A stretch of 64,000 bases of DNA from Desulfobacteraceae bacterium UBA2156 (GTDB lineage Bacteria > Desulfobacterota > Desulfobacteria > Desulfobacterales > UBA2156), in contig DCWS01000012.1 in NCBI GenBank assembly GCA_002328165.1, positions 8,225 to 72,224 on the forward strand, written 5' to 3'. Of the stretch, positions 1 to 9,566 are shown piece after piece. The position numbers and the translations under genes were made by a program. How positions within the stretch are numbered: position 1 is the stretch's first letter; the number at the start of each line of letters is the position of its first letter. The notes below the pieces were generated by a model, which was not told the origin of the DNA, searched no databases, and was given only the letters and a program-made list of their open reading frames with translations.

Positions 1-37
1 CTTTATATTGGGCGACCCAATTTGTCAACAGATGAAA

Positions 38-1990
38 TCATTCTTTTAACGATTTTCTGGCCGCCAAACGCGCATTGAGCTTGGGAAACTGATTCATATC
101 GGTGTGGGGCAAAAACAGAGCAGCAACATAATTGTCCATGTAAGATCCGGTTTCAGACAGCTCAAAATTGGTCATCTTATTGGTTACCTCCACTACGTCC
201 TGCCGGATATGGTTTGTCAGTGAACTCATCTTCGCTCCCATCAAGGATCCATTGCCGATAAATTTGACCTTATCCGGATCTGTTTCTGGCAGAAGACCGA
301 TGGTCATCGCTTTTTCAAGATCCACATAGCTTCCAAACCCACCGGCCAGAAAAATATGATCGAGATCTAAAACCGTGAGCCCCACCTCCTCCAAAAGCGT
401 CATACAACCGCTGTACATTGCCCCTTTTGCACGGATCAGGTTATCGATATCCGGTTCGGTTAGAACGACATCTCTGTCGATCTGGGTCTCATCCTTCCAT
501 GCAAGCACATATTCGTATATCCCACCATCTTCACGAATCCGGGGGGTGTCCAGATCGCGGTCATATTTTCCGCTGTTATTAATGATATCCATCTCAAACA
601 GCGTCGCCACAATTATAATCAGACCGGAGCCGCAGATGCCTTTGGGTCCGACATTTCCAACAGTGATAATCATGGGTTCCAATGTATTAGGATCTACGGA
701 AAAATCTTCAATCGCCCCTTTGCTTGCCCGCATGCCATGTTTGATACCGCCCCCCTCGAAAGCAGGACCGGCTGAACACGCTGCACAGGCCAGCCAATCC
801 TTATTGCCGATCACGATTTCAGCGTTGGTGCCGATATCCATATATAACGTCAGTTTATCTGTCCGGTACATTCCGGACCCCATGACACCGGCCACAATAT
901 CGCCTCCCACATAACTCGAAACTTCCGGATAAACCAGCGCGGTGACGTGATCACTCAACGACATACCCAAACCGGCTGCTTTTATGGGAGGGTAAAGCGT
1001 TGAAGCCGGTACATAGGGCGAGCGACGAATGTACTTTGGGTTTATCTTGAGCATCAGTTGCGTCATTGTTGTATTTCCAGCCAGTGTAATGGTTGAAATT
1101 TCTTCAGGATCAACACCGGCACGATCTATAACCTTCTTGATGATGCTGTTAATCGTGTGGATCACCACTTGATGGAGTTTGTCAAGGCCTCCCGGTTTTT
1201 CCGCATACAGAATCCTGGAGATCACATCTTCCCCATAGCTTATCTGGCCGTTGAATGCGCCATACTGGGACAGTGCCTCACCGGTTTTAAGATCGATCAA
1301 TTGGCCATAGATCGTCGTGGTGCCGATGTCCATTGCAATGGCGTAGTTTCGATCAGTGGTATCTCCTGGTTGTACGTTGATGATCCGGGTCCGCCCTCCC
1401 TCTTCGCGAACGGGACGAGCCAGTGTTGCCGTAACCCTGAAGCCGTCCTTTCTCAGCACATCAGGAATTTTACGAATCACGGAAAGATCGACCTCAAGAC
1501 GGTGTTCATTGTGATTCAGCTTTAAAAGGCTGATAAGCCTTGTGGTATCCGCAAGATTATCCTGTAGTGACGGCGGGGGAAGCTCCAGGTATTTTTTTTC
1601 CACCGGTGGAATGAAAAGTCCTCTTTCTTTTAATTCCTCTAGATTCATTTCCTGGATTCGAGCGGTATGTCGCGGGGTGCTTTGAATATTGAGGATGTTT
1701 GAATCAATGGCTGACTCTATCGGAATGCGAATTACCAGATCACTTCTAACGGTCGCCAAACAGGCCTGCCGGTAACCGCTTTCAAGATCCGCTTTGCTCA
1801 AGTTTTCTGAAATACCACCCTCAACCTCACCCGCTTCAATGACCACACGGCACTTTCCGCAAACCCCGCCGCCACCGCAGGATGCATTGACATGAACCCC
1901 GGCTTCCATGGCGGCACGGATCAGATTTTCTCCGTTCCGGACGATTATTTTTTTGTTGTGGGGTAGAAACGATACTTGGTATTCATTCAT
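38..1990 (-). CDS. Corrinoid reductive activase-like protein (2Fe-2S ferredoxin domain + ASKHA/DUF4445 ATPase, RACo/COG3894 type)
   Basis: From ORF 38..2026. The N-terminus has a plant-type ferredoxin Cys cluster 'ASCGGGGVCGKCRV'. The C-terminal ~400 aa has actin-fold phosphate motifs ('AMDIGTTT', 'YMDIGTNAE', 'FLAGGFGSY'). Start moved to MNEYQV at 1990. Confidence 0.75.
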   Translation of the reverse strand: MNEYQVSFLPHNKKIIVRNGENLIRAAMEAGVHVNASCGGGGVCGKCRVVIEAGEVEGGISENLSKADLESGYRQACLATVRSDLVIRIPIESAIDSNILNIQSTPRHTARIQEMNLEELKERGLFIPPVEKKYLELPPPSLQDNLADTTRLISLLKLNHNEHRLEVDLSVIRKIPDVLRKDGFRVTATLARPVREEGGRTRIINVQPGDTTDRNYAIAMDIGTTTIYGQLIDLKTGEALSQYGAFNGQISYGEDVISRILYAEKPGGLDKLHQVVIHTINSIIKKVIDRAGVDPEEISTITLAGNTTMTQLMLKINPKYIRRSPYVPASTLYPPIKAAGLGMSLSDHVTALVYPEVSSYVGGDIVAGVMGSGMYRTDKLTLYMDIGTNAEIVIGNKDWLACAACSAGPAFEGGGIKHGMRASKGAIEDFSVDPNTLEPMIITVGNVGPKGICGSGLIIIVATLFEMDIINNSGKYDRDLDTPRIREDGGIYEYVLAWKDETQIDRDVVLTEPDIDNLIRAKGAMYSGCMTLLEEVGLTVLDLDHIFLAGGFGSYVDLEKAMTIGLLPETDPDKVKFIGNGSLMGAKMSSLTNHIRQDVVEVTNKMTNFELSETGSYMDNYVAALFLPHTDMNQFPKLNARLAARKSLKE

Positions 1991-2060
1991 CTTTGGTTTT
2001 CCCGCATTTGTTACCGGTTGCAGCAAACAACAGACATTGAGCGTGTAGGCTCAGTTAGTT

Positions 2061-3938
2061 TTACGCCGGCTCATCAAATTTGCAACTCAGCCGAAGAATA
2101 TCACCATCAATGGAAGTCTGAGTTTTGTAAGGCAGTATTTTGAAAAGCTTTACCATTGGTTTGTTTCGAGATGATGTGTAGGCATGCATCCCTGAAATTC
2201 CGTTCTCCCTTGCTGCTTCGGCAAGTTTTTTAATTAAAATCTTGCCGATTCCCCTTCCCTGAAAATCCCTGCTCACGGAAAAAGCAATCTCCGCATTGTT
2301 TTCTTCTGTGTCAAAAAGATATTCTCCAACGGCAACCACCCTTCCAAAACCGAACTCCCCGATAATCGCCACAAGGGTCAGATTCTTAATATAGTCAATC
2401 TGGGACAACTCTTCCACCTCGTCACGGACGAAGCTCGATTTGTCATGGAAAAACCTTGAAATTACATCTTTTTTGTCAAGATTGTAAAAATGTTCCTGAA
2501 TCCTTCTTTGATCGACCGGTTTCACGGGCCGGATCGTGACCACTTCGCCGTCAATTTCCCTCGTCTCTTCTATCTTAAAAGGATAGACCCCATGACTGAA
2601 GTGGGAGCGTCTGCGTTTGGCATTAAGGAGATTCATATTTTTTGCCGTCTGAAAAAGCTCATCTCGAAAATCAGGATGCGCAATACTGATCATGGCTAGG
2701 GCTCTCTCATGGATACTCTTTCCAAACAGATTGACCGCCCCATATTCAGTGACAACGTAATGGATATCACCCCTTGGAACCACCACTGCTGTATCGTTGA
2801 GCGTTGGGACGATGCGGCTCTTTGTGCCGTCCCTCGACGTCGATGTGAGTATGAGGATCGATTTTCCCTTCTCCGACTGGGCAGCCCCCCTCACAAAGTC
2901 AAGCATACCGGTTACACCTGAGAAGTGGTTGTATGGAAGGGCATCTGCAGCTGTCTGGCCGGATAAATCCATGGCCATCACCACATTTATCGATACCATC
3001 TTGTTATGACGGGATATGATACCCGGATCATTGACATAGTCAGAGGGATAAAACTCGATGGACGGATTGTCATGCAGAAACTCATAAAGATTTTCAGTAC
3101 CGATCGCACTGCTTGCAACCAGTTTTCCCTCATTGTATCCTTTCTTGCGGTTTGTAATGATGCCCCTTTCTATAAGATGCAGGATATCATCGGTCAGAAA
3201 CTGAGTATGAATGCCGAGATCGTTCTTGTCTGAAAGGCCCAGAAGGATTGCCTGGGGGGTTGCGCCCAAACTGATCTGCATTGTTGAGCCGTCGTCGATG
3301 AGTCGCGCAATATGTCTGGCAATGATGTTCGCTGATTCCAACTCAGGATGCTCACCAATGGTAATAAGCGCCTCTTCGTATTCAACGAAAACATCCACAT
3401 CGTTAACATGGATGAAGCTTCGGCCCAAAACTCTCGGCATTTTGGGATTTACCTGGGCTATGACAAGATCAGCCGACAGGGCTGCCGAGAGGGTGATATC
3501 CACAGAAACTCCAAGGCTCATCCACCCAAAATCGTCCGGGGGCGAAACCTGAATTAGAGCGACCTGTATCGGAAGTCTTCTGGTTTTGAAGAGACGGGGA
3601 ATAGCCGAGAGATTCAACGGTGTGATAAACCGCTTGTTGCGCTCAAGGCCTTTGGCTTTAGCAGATCCAAGATAAAAAGACCGGATATTTAACCTCTGCC
3701 CCTTTGTTTTATTTGCAATCAATGTCAAAGGGGTTCTTTCCAGTGTCAGCAGGCGGACGATCTCGATGTCATTAAAATTGACAGACGCTTCGGCAAGTTC
3801 CCGCACCAGGTGTTGGGGTTCTCCGCAGGAAGACCCGATAAAAATCCTTTGTCCGTGCCGAATAAACCCAATGGCTTCCTGTCCGGTCCTCTTTTTTTTG
3901 GCATAGTTGTCTTCCCAATGGACTGTCGTCGCAATCAT
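2061..3938 (-). CDS. Acetyl-CoA hydrolase/transferase family protein fused to a C-terminal GNAT acetyltransferase domain
   Basis: 625-aa ORF. The N-terminal 'GQRIFIGSSCGEPQHLVRELAE' and ~430 aa are CoA-transferase-like. The C-terminal ~150 aa carries GNAT motif A 'QGRGIGKILIKKL'. Confidence 0.75.
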   Translation of the reverse strand: MIATTVHWEDNYAKKKRTGQEAIGFIRHGQRIFIGSSCGEPQHLVRELAEASVNFNDIEIVRLLTLERTPLTLIANKTKGQRLNIRSFYLGSAKAKGLERNKRFITPLNLSAIPRLFKTRRLPIQVALIQVSPPDDFGWMSLGVSVDITLSAALSADLVIAQVNPKMPRVLGRSFIHVNDVDVFVEYEEALITIGEHPELESANIIARHIARLIDDGSTMQISLGATPQAILLGLSDKNDLGIHTQFLTDDILHLIERGIITNRKKGYNEGKLVASSAIGTENLYEFLHDNPSIEFYPSDYVNDPGIISRHNKMVSINVVMAMDLSGQTAADALPYNHFSGVTGMLDFVRGAAQSEKGKSILILTSTSRDGTKSRIVPTLNDTAVVVPRGDIHYVVTEYGAVNLFGKSIHERALAMISIAHPDFRDELFQTAKNMNLLNAKRRRSHFSHGVYPFKIEETREIDGEVVTIRPVKPVDQRRIQEHFYNLDKKDVISRFFHDKSSFVRDEVEELSQIDYIKNLTLVAIIGEFGFGRVVAVGEYLFDTEENNAEIAFSVSRDFQGRGIGKILIKKLAEAARENGISGMHAYTSSRNKPMVKLFKILPYKTQTSIDGDILRLSCKFDEPA

Positions 3939-4245
3939 GATACCCAGCTTATGATAATCACATGCAAAAATCGATTAAACACCAAACGGGAAAACGCCCC
4001 TTTATCACCAACTTTAATAAAATTTTCACTCCCTGCACAAAAAGTAAATAATATTGACAGTCTCGTAAAAAGTCGAAATTAGATGGCAAAGTAAAAAGCT
4101 TCAAATTCAAGGCACGCAAATCCTGAGGAATGAGGCGTACTTACAGTACGCTGCAATGGCGAAGGATGCAGCGCAACACAGAAGTTGGGCTTTTTACGAA
4201 GCCGTCAATATTAACTTATCAAAAAATGGTAATCAAGAGTTACAT

Positions 4246-4260
4246 ACTCAAGTTTCACGC
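4246..4260 (+). repeat. Copy A of short intergenic motif ACTCAAGTTTCACGC
   Basis: Near-identical 12-15-mers occur at 4246-4260, 9438-9449 and 18976-18990, all in intergenic spacers. Confidence 0.3.
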
Positions 4261-4350
4261 CTTTTGATTTTATGAAGACTCGCATCCGGCATAGGGCGAA
4301 GGCGACACTCCTGCCGATTCATGGTGCGACACTTGATTACATATTAGAAA

Positions 4351-5664
4351 TCAAGCTTCGGGAACCGGATTTCGGGTCTTCCAAATCAGGAGCCCGATAG
4401 TCCCCACAGATGCCATGGAAACCAATCCGATTGCAGGGAAGACCATATGAATTCCGATACTGCTCTGGATACTTTCCACCATTTTGACCGCCAGCGCCCC
4501 GACCCCAAAGGTCAAAACAAACTTGGTGCCGAAGGCCGAGTGTTGCAACGATTCCGGTGTCATCCGGGCTATCAGTGTATTTTCAATCGGTTGCATACCC
4601 AGAAGAAAGAAAAAATAAATCAACGCCAGGAAAACCAACGGCAAATCCAACATGATGGCCATGGCAAAGGCGGCCGGAATCGTCGTGGCGTGAAAAATAA
4701 GATAACAAAATTTAGGTTCAAATCGCTCGGCCATTCGGCCGCCGACGAATTGACCCAGTATTCCTATAAAGTAAATCAGACAGGCGATGGATGTCGCCAC
4801 CAGGTTTTTGGAAAGTCCTCCACCGATCACTGAAAGTAACCATTGAAAAATTCCGGGATTTTTCAGCTCAAGGTAGACCGGGAGAATGACAGAAGCGCCT
4901 CTATATTCGACTCCTCCGAGCATCATGGCTACAAGGAGAATAAGGAAAGCCATGATCATTTTATTTGGTTTTTTATCACCCGACGCTGGTTTTTTCGATC
5001 GGGGCTGTTGTGTTAATGGAAAGACGATCATCAGCACCACACCCAAAATATTCAACAACCCCAGGAGAAAATAGGCGATCCGGGGTCCCCAAAGCCAGTT
5101 GGCAATGCCGGTCAACAGGGGCGCCATTGCAAGCCCCAGACTTCCAAACATGCCATTATACCCCATGCCGAGGCTGACCCGATTGATCTCTTTTGAGATG
5201 AGCCCAACGCCGGTGGGGTGATAGATAGCGGAGAAGAACCCAAGCGCCGCCAGCGTAATGGTCAATCCAGTGGGGGAATTGATCCACATCGCCGTACTCA
5301 AACCGCTGCAAGCTGAACCCAGATAAAAGAGCAACATCAGAGGCTGGACCTTCCACCGGTCAGCAACCATGCCCCACGGCAGTGCGGTAATACCAAACAA
5401 AAGATACATCCAAAAGGAAATGGCGAGGACACCGGCGATGTCCATTTTTAACAGGCCGGTCAATGGAATTACCACGGCAGGAAAAGCCAGCATGTTGAAA
5501 TGGCTCATAAAATGTCCAAAACAGGTGTTAACTAAAATTTGACGCTCTCGATTATCCACTGTGGCTCCATATTTACTGTCACATTCCGGCTTTACGTATA
5601 AACCGTAAGGAAAGATCCAATTGGGTAAGCCTAAAATAATATCGAAAATTAAGCTAAGAGTCAA
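4351..5664 (-). CDS. MFS transporter
   Basis: 437-aa ORF that is hydrophobic throughout, with about 12 predicted TM segments and a central basic loop 'PRSKKPASGDKKPNK'. Confidence 0.7.
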   Translation of the reverse strand: MTLSLIFDIILGLPNWIFPYGLYVKPECDSKYGATVDNRERQILVNTCFGHFMSHFNMLAFPAVVIPLTGLLKMDIAGVLAISFWMYLLFGITALPWGMVADRWKVQPLMLLFYLGSACSGLSTAMWINSPTGLTITLAALGFFSAIYHPTGVGLISKEINRVSLGMGYNGMFGSLGLAMAPLLTGIANWLWGPRIAYFLLGLLNILGVVLMIVFPLTQQPRSKKPASGDKKPNKMIMAFLILLVAMMLGGVEYRGASVILPVYLELKNPGIFQWLLSVIGGGLSKNLVATSIACLIYFIGILGQFVGGRMAERFEPKFCYLIFHATTIPAAFAMAIMLDLPLVFLALIYFFFLLGMQPIENTLIARMTPESLQHSAFGTKFVLTFGVGALAVKMVESIQSSIGIHMVFPAIGLVSMASVGTIGLLIWKTRNPVPEA

Positions 5665-5944
5665 TAATCATGTAAACGTTCAGCGATTCTTGGTGAAAGG
5701 TAAAATGAAAGGTATTTTAGCTGGGCACGAGGTTTTATGAATGAAAGTATCGAATGAGAGGTGAGCGGGGCGCGGTTTAGTGAGTCTTTTTTTGATGCAA
5801 GGGGCTGGCTGGAATTTGAACAACAGGAAGTCAGTCCGGATTTGGCCGCCTATAGAACAATGGTTTACAGCTTGACTTATTTCTTTGTTTTGCTTAAGGT
5901 CCGCAGACTTAATCTTAAACTTTGATCATTTTAGAGAGTAATCA

Positions 5945-6472
5945 ATGAATGGCCTAAAGCGTTACATAAAAATGATCGACTGGATTAACGAAAAGACAGG
6001 AATGTTCGCGGGTTGGCTGACCACTCTGCTGGTTATCAATGTTTTTTATGATACGGTCATGCGGTATGCGTTCAATAAAGGAAATATTGCCCTTCAGGAA
6101 TTGGAATGGCACATATTTTCAGTGATTTTTTTGATCGGTGCGGCCTATACGTTAAAACACGACGGCCATGTGAGAGTCGATATTTTTTACACCAAACTCA
6201 CCTCCAGAGCCAAGGCTTGGATCGACTTCATCTGCACTTTTACCTTCTTAATCCCGTTTTGCCTGCTCATCATCTATTCCACCAAGGGTTTTATTTTAAA
6301 CTCCTGGGCGGTCGGTGAAATATCTCCGGACCCCGGAGGACTTCCAGCCCGTTATATATTAAAGGCCATGATCCCGGCGGGTTTCTTCCTACTTCTACTA
6401 CAGGGTATCGCCCAGTCGTTTAAAAGCCTGCTCCATCTAATGGGTCAAGACATCCCGGGGAAGGGCAGGTAA
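5945..6472 (+). CDS. TRAP transporter small permease (DctQ/FcbT2-like)
   Basis: 175 aa with 4 hydrophobic segments. It lies immediately upstream of, and 1 nt from, the large permease gene. Confidence 0.8.
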   Translation: MNGLKRYIKMIDWINEKTGMFAGWLTTLLVINVFYDTVMRYAFNKGNIALQELEWHIFSVIFLIGAAYTLKHDGHVRVDIFYTKLTSRAKAWIDFICTFTFLIPFCLLIIYSTKGFILNSWAVGEISPDPGGLPARYILKAMIPAGFFLLLLQGIAQSFKSLLHLMGQDIPGKGR

Positions 6473-6473
6473 G

Positions 6474-7808
6474 ATGATGGAGCTCATACAGGAATTCTTG
6501 CCCCTGATTATGTTCGCGTTCGTTTTTGCGCTGTTACTGCTCGGCTACCCGGTGGCCTTTACCATCGGTGGGGTTTCCCTCTTTTTTGGCCTCATCGGTT
6601 TTGGTCCCGGCTTTTTCAATCTGCTGCCATTGCGGATCTGGGGCCGTATGACCGCCTTTACCCTTCTGGCCGTTCCCTTATTCATCTATATGGGTGTGAT
6701 GTTGGAAAAATCAGGCATCGCCGAGGAGTTGTTAGAGACCATGGCACTGGTGTTTGCCAAGATTCGAGGGGGTCTGGCGATTTCAGTGGTTTTTGTGGGT
6801 GCCCTGATGGGTGCATCCACCGGGATTGTGGGAGCAACGGTCGTTACCATGGGTCTGTTATCGGTCCCCACCCTGATGCACCGAAAATACAACAAGGCGC
6901 TTGCAACCGGAACTGTAGCAGCCTCTGGCACCCTGGGTCAGATCATTCCACCCAGCATTGTGCTGGTGCTTTTGGGGGACATCATCAACATACCGATCGG
7001 TGATCTTTTTATCGGGGCCGTGATACCCGGTCTCATCTTGGTTGTACTCTACATGCTCTATATTCTCATCGTAGCATTTATTCGGCCGAACTGGGCGCCA
7101 CCGGTCCCAAAAAAAGAACTGGATGAGATCTCCAAGAAGGAACTCTATGGCCGAGTATTTAAGGCGCTTATCCCGCCGGTGTTACTGATGTTTGCCGTTT
7201 TGGGCTCTATTTTTGCCGGTATAGCCTCACCTACGGAAGCGGCCTCGGTCGGCGCTGTTGGCGCCACCCTTCTTACCGTGATCCACAAGAAGTTCAACTA
7301 CACGGTATTATCGAAAGTCATGAAAACAACCACCAACCTGACCTGTATGGTCTTTATCATCCTGGTGGGTGCCACCACCCTAGGTCTGGTTTTCAGGGGG
7401 CTGGACGGGGACCGTCTGGTTCGCGAATTAATCGACGCCCTGCCATTTGGAAAATGGGGAGTACTGCTGATCGTCATGAGCATTATTTTCATCGCCGGCT
7501 TCTTTCTTGACTTTATTGAGATCACGTTTATTCATGTACCGGTACTGGCACCCATTATGATCACCATGGGCGTCAATCCCTTGTGGCTAGCAGTCCTGAT
7601 CGCCGTCAACCTTCAGACTTCTTTTTTGACCCCGCCCTTCGGGTTCTCACTCTTTTACCTCAAAGGGGTCACCCCGCCCGAGATTAAAACCATCGATATC
7701 TACAAAGGGATCGTCCCTTTTGTCATCATCCAGCTCATCGGCCTGGTCGTGATCTGTTTGATTCCCAAATCAGTTACGTGGTTGCCGACGTTGCTTTTGG
7801 GAGAATAG
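6474..7808 (+). CDS. TRAP transporter large permease (DctM/FcbT3-like)
   Basis: 444-aa polytopic membrane protein. Typical DctM stretches are present: 'GTLGQIIPPSIVLVLLG' and 'LQTSFLTPPFGFSLFYLKG'. Confidence 0.85.
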   Translation: MMELIQEFLPLIMFAFVFALLLLGYPVAFTIGGVSLFFGLIGFGPGFFNLLPLRIWGRMTAFTLLAVPLFIYMGVMLEKSGIAEELLETMALVFAKIRGGLAISVVFVGALMGASTGIVGATVVTMGLLSVPTLMHRKYNKALATGTVAASGTLGQIIPPSIVLVLLGDIINIPIGDLFIGAVIPGLILVVLYMLYILIVAFIRPNWAPPVPKKELDEISKKELYGRVFKALIPPVLLMFAVLGSIFAGIASPTEAASVGAVGATLLTVIHKKFNYTVLSKVMKTTTNLTCMVFIILVGATTLGLVFRGLDGDRLVRELIDALPFGKWGVLLIVMSIIFIAGFFLDFIEITFIHVPVLAPIMITMGVNPLWLAVLIAVNLQTSFLTPPFGFSLFYLKGVTPPEIKTIDIYKGIVPFVIIQLIGLVVICLIPKSVTWLPTLLLGE

Positions 7809-7854
7809 TCAGGCGACCGTTTACGGGTCTCACCGATGGGCTAACCGAAGAGGC

Positions 7855-7890
7855 AAAAAAAACGGGGCCTAAAAAAAGACCCCGCATGTT
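7855..7890. terminator. Candidate bidirectional intrinsic terminator between the convergent dctM-like and dctP-like genes
   Basis: A GC stem (CGGGG 7863-7867 / CCCCG 7880-7884) is flanked by an A8 run at 7855-7862, which gives a U8 tail on the minus strand, and by T-rich sequence downstream on the plus strand. Confidence 0.45.
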
Positions 7891-7916
7891 TACATTTGTT
7901 TATAAACGTCTCGAAT

Positions 7917-9002
7917 CTACAGATATTTAAACGTCTGGTATTGCTCTTCAGTATATTTTGCCCATTCACCGACATCATTTTGAAACTTAAGAAACGCCTC
8001 GTACACCTTCTTGCTCATGGGGTCCTTGGAAACAATCTCCTCGATCACTTCCTTTGCGTAACTTTTAAGCACTTTTAAAACCGATGGCGGAAACTGTTTT
8101 ATCGAAACCTTGTGTTTATTGATCAGCACTTGCAGCGCAGCATTGTTCTTAGCCTCGAACTCGCCAAGCATCCAGATGTTGGATTTATAGGCAGCGGCTT
8201 CCACAATGGCCTGCAGGTCCTTGGGCAACGAATCCCAGGCCTTCTTTCCCACCGTAATCTCAATACAGGTCCCCGGCTCATGCCAGCCCGGCCAGTAGTA
8301 GTATTTGGCTGCTTTGTAAAAACCCATTTTCAGATCATGATAGGGCCCCACCCATTCGGTGGCGTCAATCACACCGCGGTCCAGGTTGGTGAAAATTTCT
8401 CCGCCAGCCACCAGCACGGCATTTCCGCCGGCTTTGGCGACGACCTTGCCACCAAGACCCGGGATACGCATCTTGAGTCCCTTGTAATCGTCAATGGTCT
8501 TGATTTCTTTGTTAAACCAGCCGCCCGCCTGTACACCGCTGTTACCGCCGAGCAACGGTTTGACATTGAAAGGTGCATAGACCTCTTCCCAAAGCTTCAT
8601 GCCTCCACCGTTTAAAATCCAGGCGTTCATGCCCTGAGCATTGAGGCCAAAGGGAACAGCGCAAAAAAACTGGCAAGCGGGTGTTTTGCCGACCCAGTAA
8701 TAAGCGGCACTGTGTCCCATTTCCACCGTGCCTTGAGTGACAGCATCAAAAACACCCAATGGCGGAACCAGTTCACCGCCACCGTATACAGTGACATTCA
8801 AGCGGCCATTGCTCATTTCACTCACCCACTGGGCAAACAGATCAGCCCCTTCACCGAGAGCCGGTAAATGTGGCGGCCAGGTAGTCACCATTTTCCAATT
8901 ATACTTTTTCTGAGCACGTGCAGGAGCAACCCGTGTGGCCAGCCCGGTAGCGGCAGCTGCAGCACCGATTCCCAAATTCTTAATGAACTTTCGTCTTTTC
9001 AT
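7917..9002 (-). CDS. TRAP transporter solute-binding protein (COG4663/FcbT1-like) with twin-arginine signal peptide
   Basis: From ORF 7917..9050. Start set at MKRRKFIKNLGIGAAAAATGLATRVAPARA, which has a Tat motif RRxFxK. GGAGGA lies 8 nt upstream of this ATG. Confidence 0.8.
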   Translation of the reverse strand: MKRRKFIKNLGIGAAAAATGLATRVAPARAQKKYNWKMVTTWPPHLPALGEGADLFAQWVSEMSNGRLNVTVYGGGELVPPLGVFDAVTQGTVEMGHSAAYYWVGKTPACQFFCAVPFGLNAQGMNAWILNGGGMKLWEEVYAPFNVKPLLGGNSGVQAGGWFNKEIKTIDDYKGLKMRIPGLGGKVVAKAGGNAVLVAGGEIFTNLDRGVIDATEWVGPYHDLKMGFYKAAKYYYWPGWHEPGTCIEITVGKKAWDSLPKDLQAIVEAAAYKSNIWMLGEFEAKNNAALQVLINKHKVSIKQFPPSVLKVLKSYAKEVIEEIVSKDPMSKKVYEAFLKFQNDVGEWAKYTEEQYQTFKYL

Positions 9003-9395
9003 GTGCATTCTCCTCCCCATGGGTTTAAATGATGGCAATGGCAACATCACCGGTTCAAAAATAACAGCGACGACCTCCGATTCACCGGGGAATTGCCAGC
9101 ATAGAAAACGCTTGTCTATTTTCTCGAAAAGAGGCTTAATTCCTACAGTAATAATAACTTATAAAATTGTAAAGTCACATTGTCAAGCGTCAGACAGTCA
9201 AATTTAAAAAAATCATCCCTTTCAAGGCGTTGCAAGTAAATAAAAGCTGATCCACCGATGAGATTTGAGCCTTTTTTGGAAAAAGACAGATGGAGTTTTG
9301 AGTGGCAAAAAATATTATGCCGTTTAAGATGCGCCCTGATGAAACCGTTTTATCCAGAATTGCCGTAACTGGTTCAAAAAGAACCACGTTTATCC

Positions 9396-9424
9396 TTGAC
9401 CCGACTCTATCTTTTTCTTATAGT
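9396..9424 (+). promoter_or_regulatory. Candidate sigma70 promoter upstream of rmuC
   Basis: TTGACC (9396-9401), a 17-nt spacer, then TATAGT (9419-9424). Motif copy B lies just downstream of the predicted start site. Confidence 0.35.
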
Positions 9425-9437
9425 TTCAACTCAAGTT

Positions 9438-9449
9438 CAAGTTTCACGC
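9438..9449 (+). repeat. Copy B of motif (CAAGTTTCACGC, preceded by AACTCAAGTT)
   Basis: See copy A. Here the CAAGTT core is duplicated (9428-9449). Confidence 0.3.
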
Positions 9450-9566
9450 GCTCGAATTTAAAAAAAATCGCCGTCCTTTTCGTTGCGGCAAAAATATATC
9501 CTAATCAGATCTGCTATCCCACGATAAATATGGAACGCCCTGTTTTTTTGATTATAGGAAAAGTCC

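Noticed and set aside
375-1525. Long antisense ORFs lie inside real genes. Examples are 375..914 and 1157..1525 opposite the RACo gene, 8112..8615 opposite the TRAP SBP, 10057..10455 opposite rmuC, 13336..13695 opposite hisD and 45096..45923 opposite comM.
   Set aside because: They show low-complexity Pro/Ser/Arg-rich composition typical of shadow frames. They have no RBS or recognisable motifs and are fully nested in well-supported genes on the other strand.
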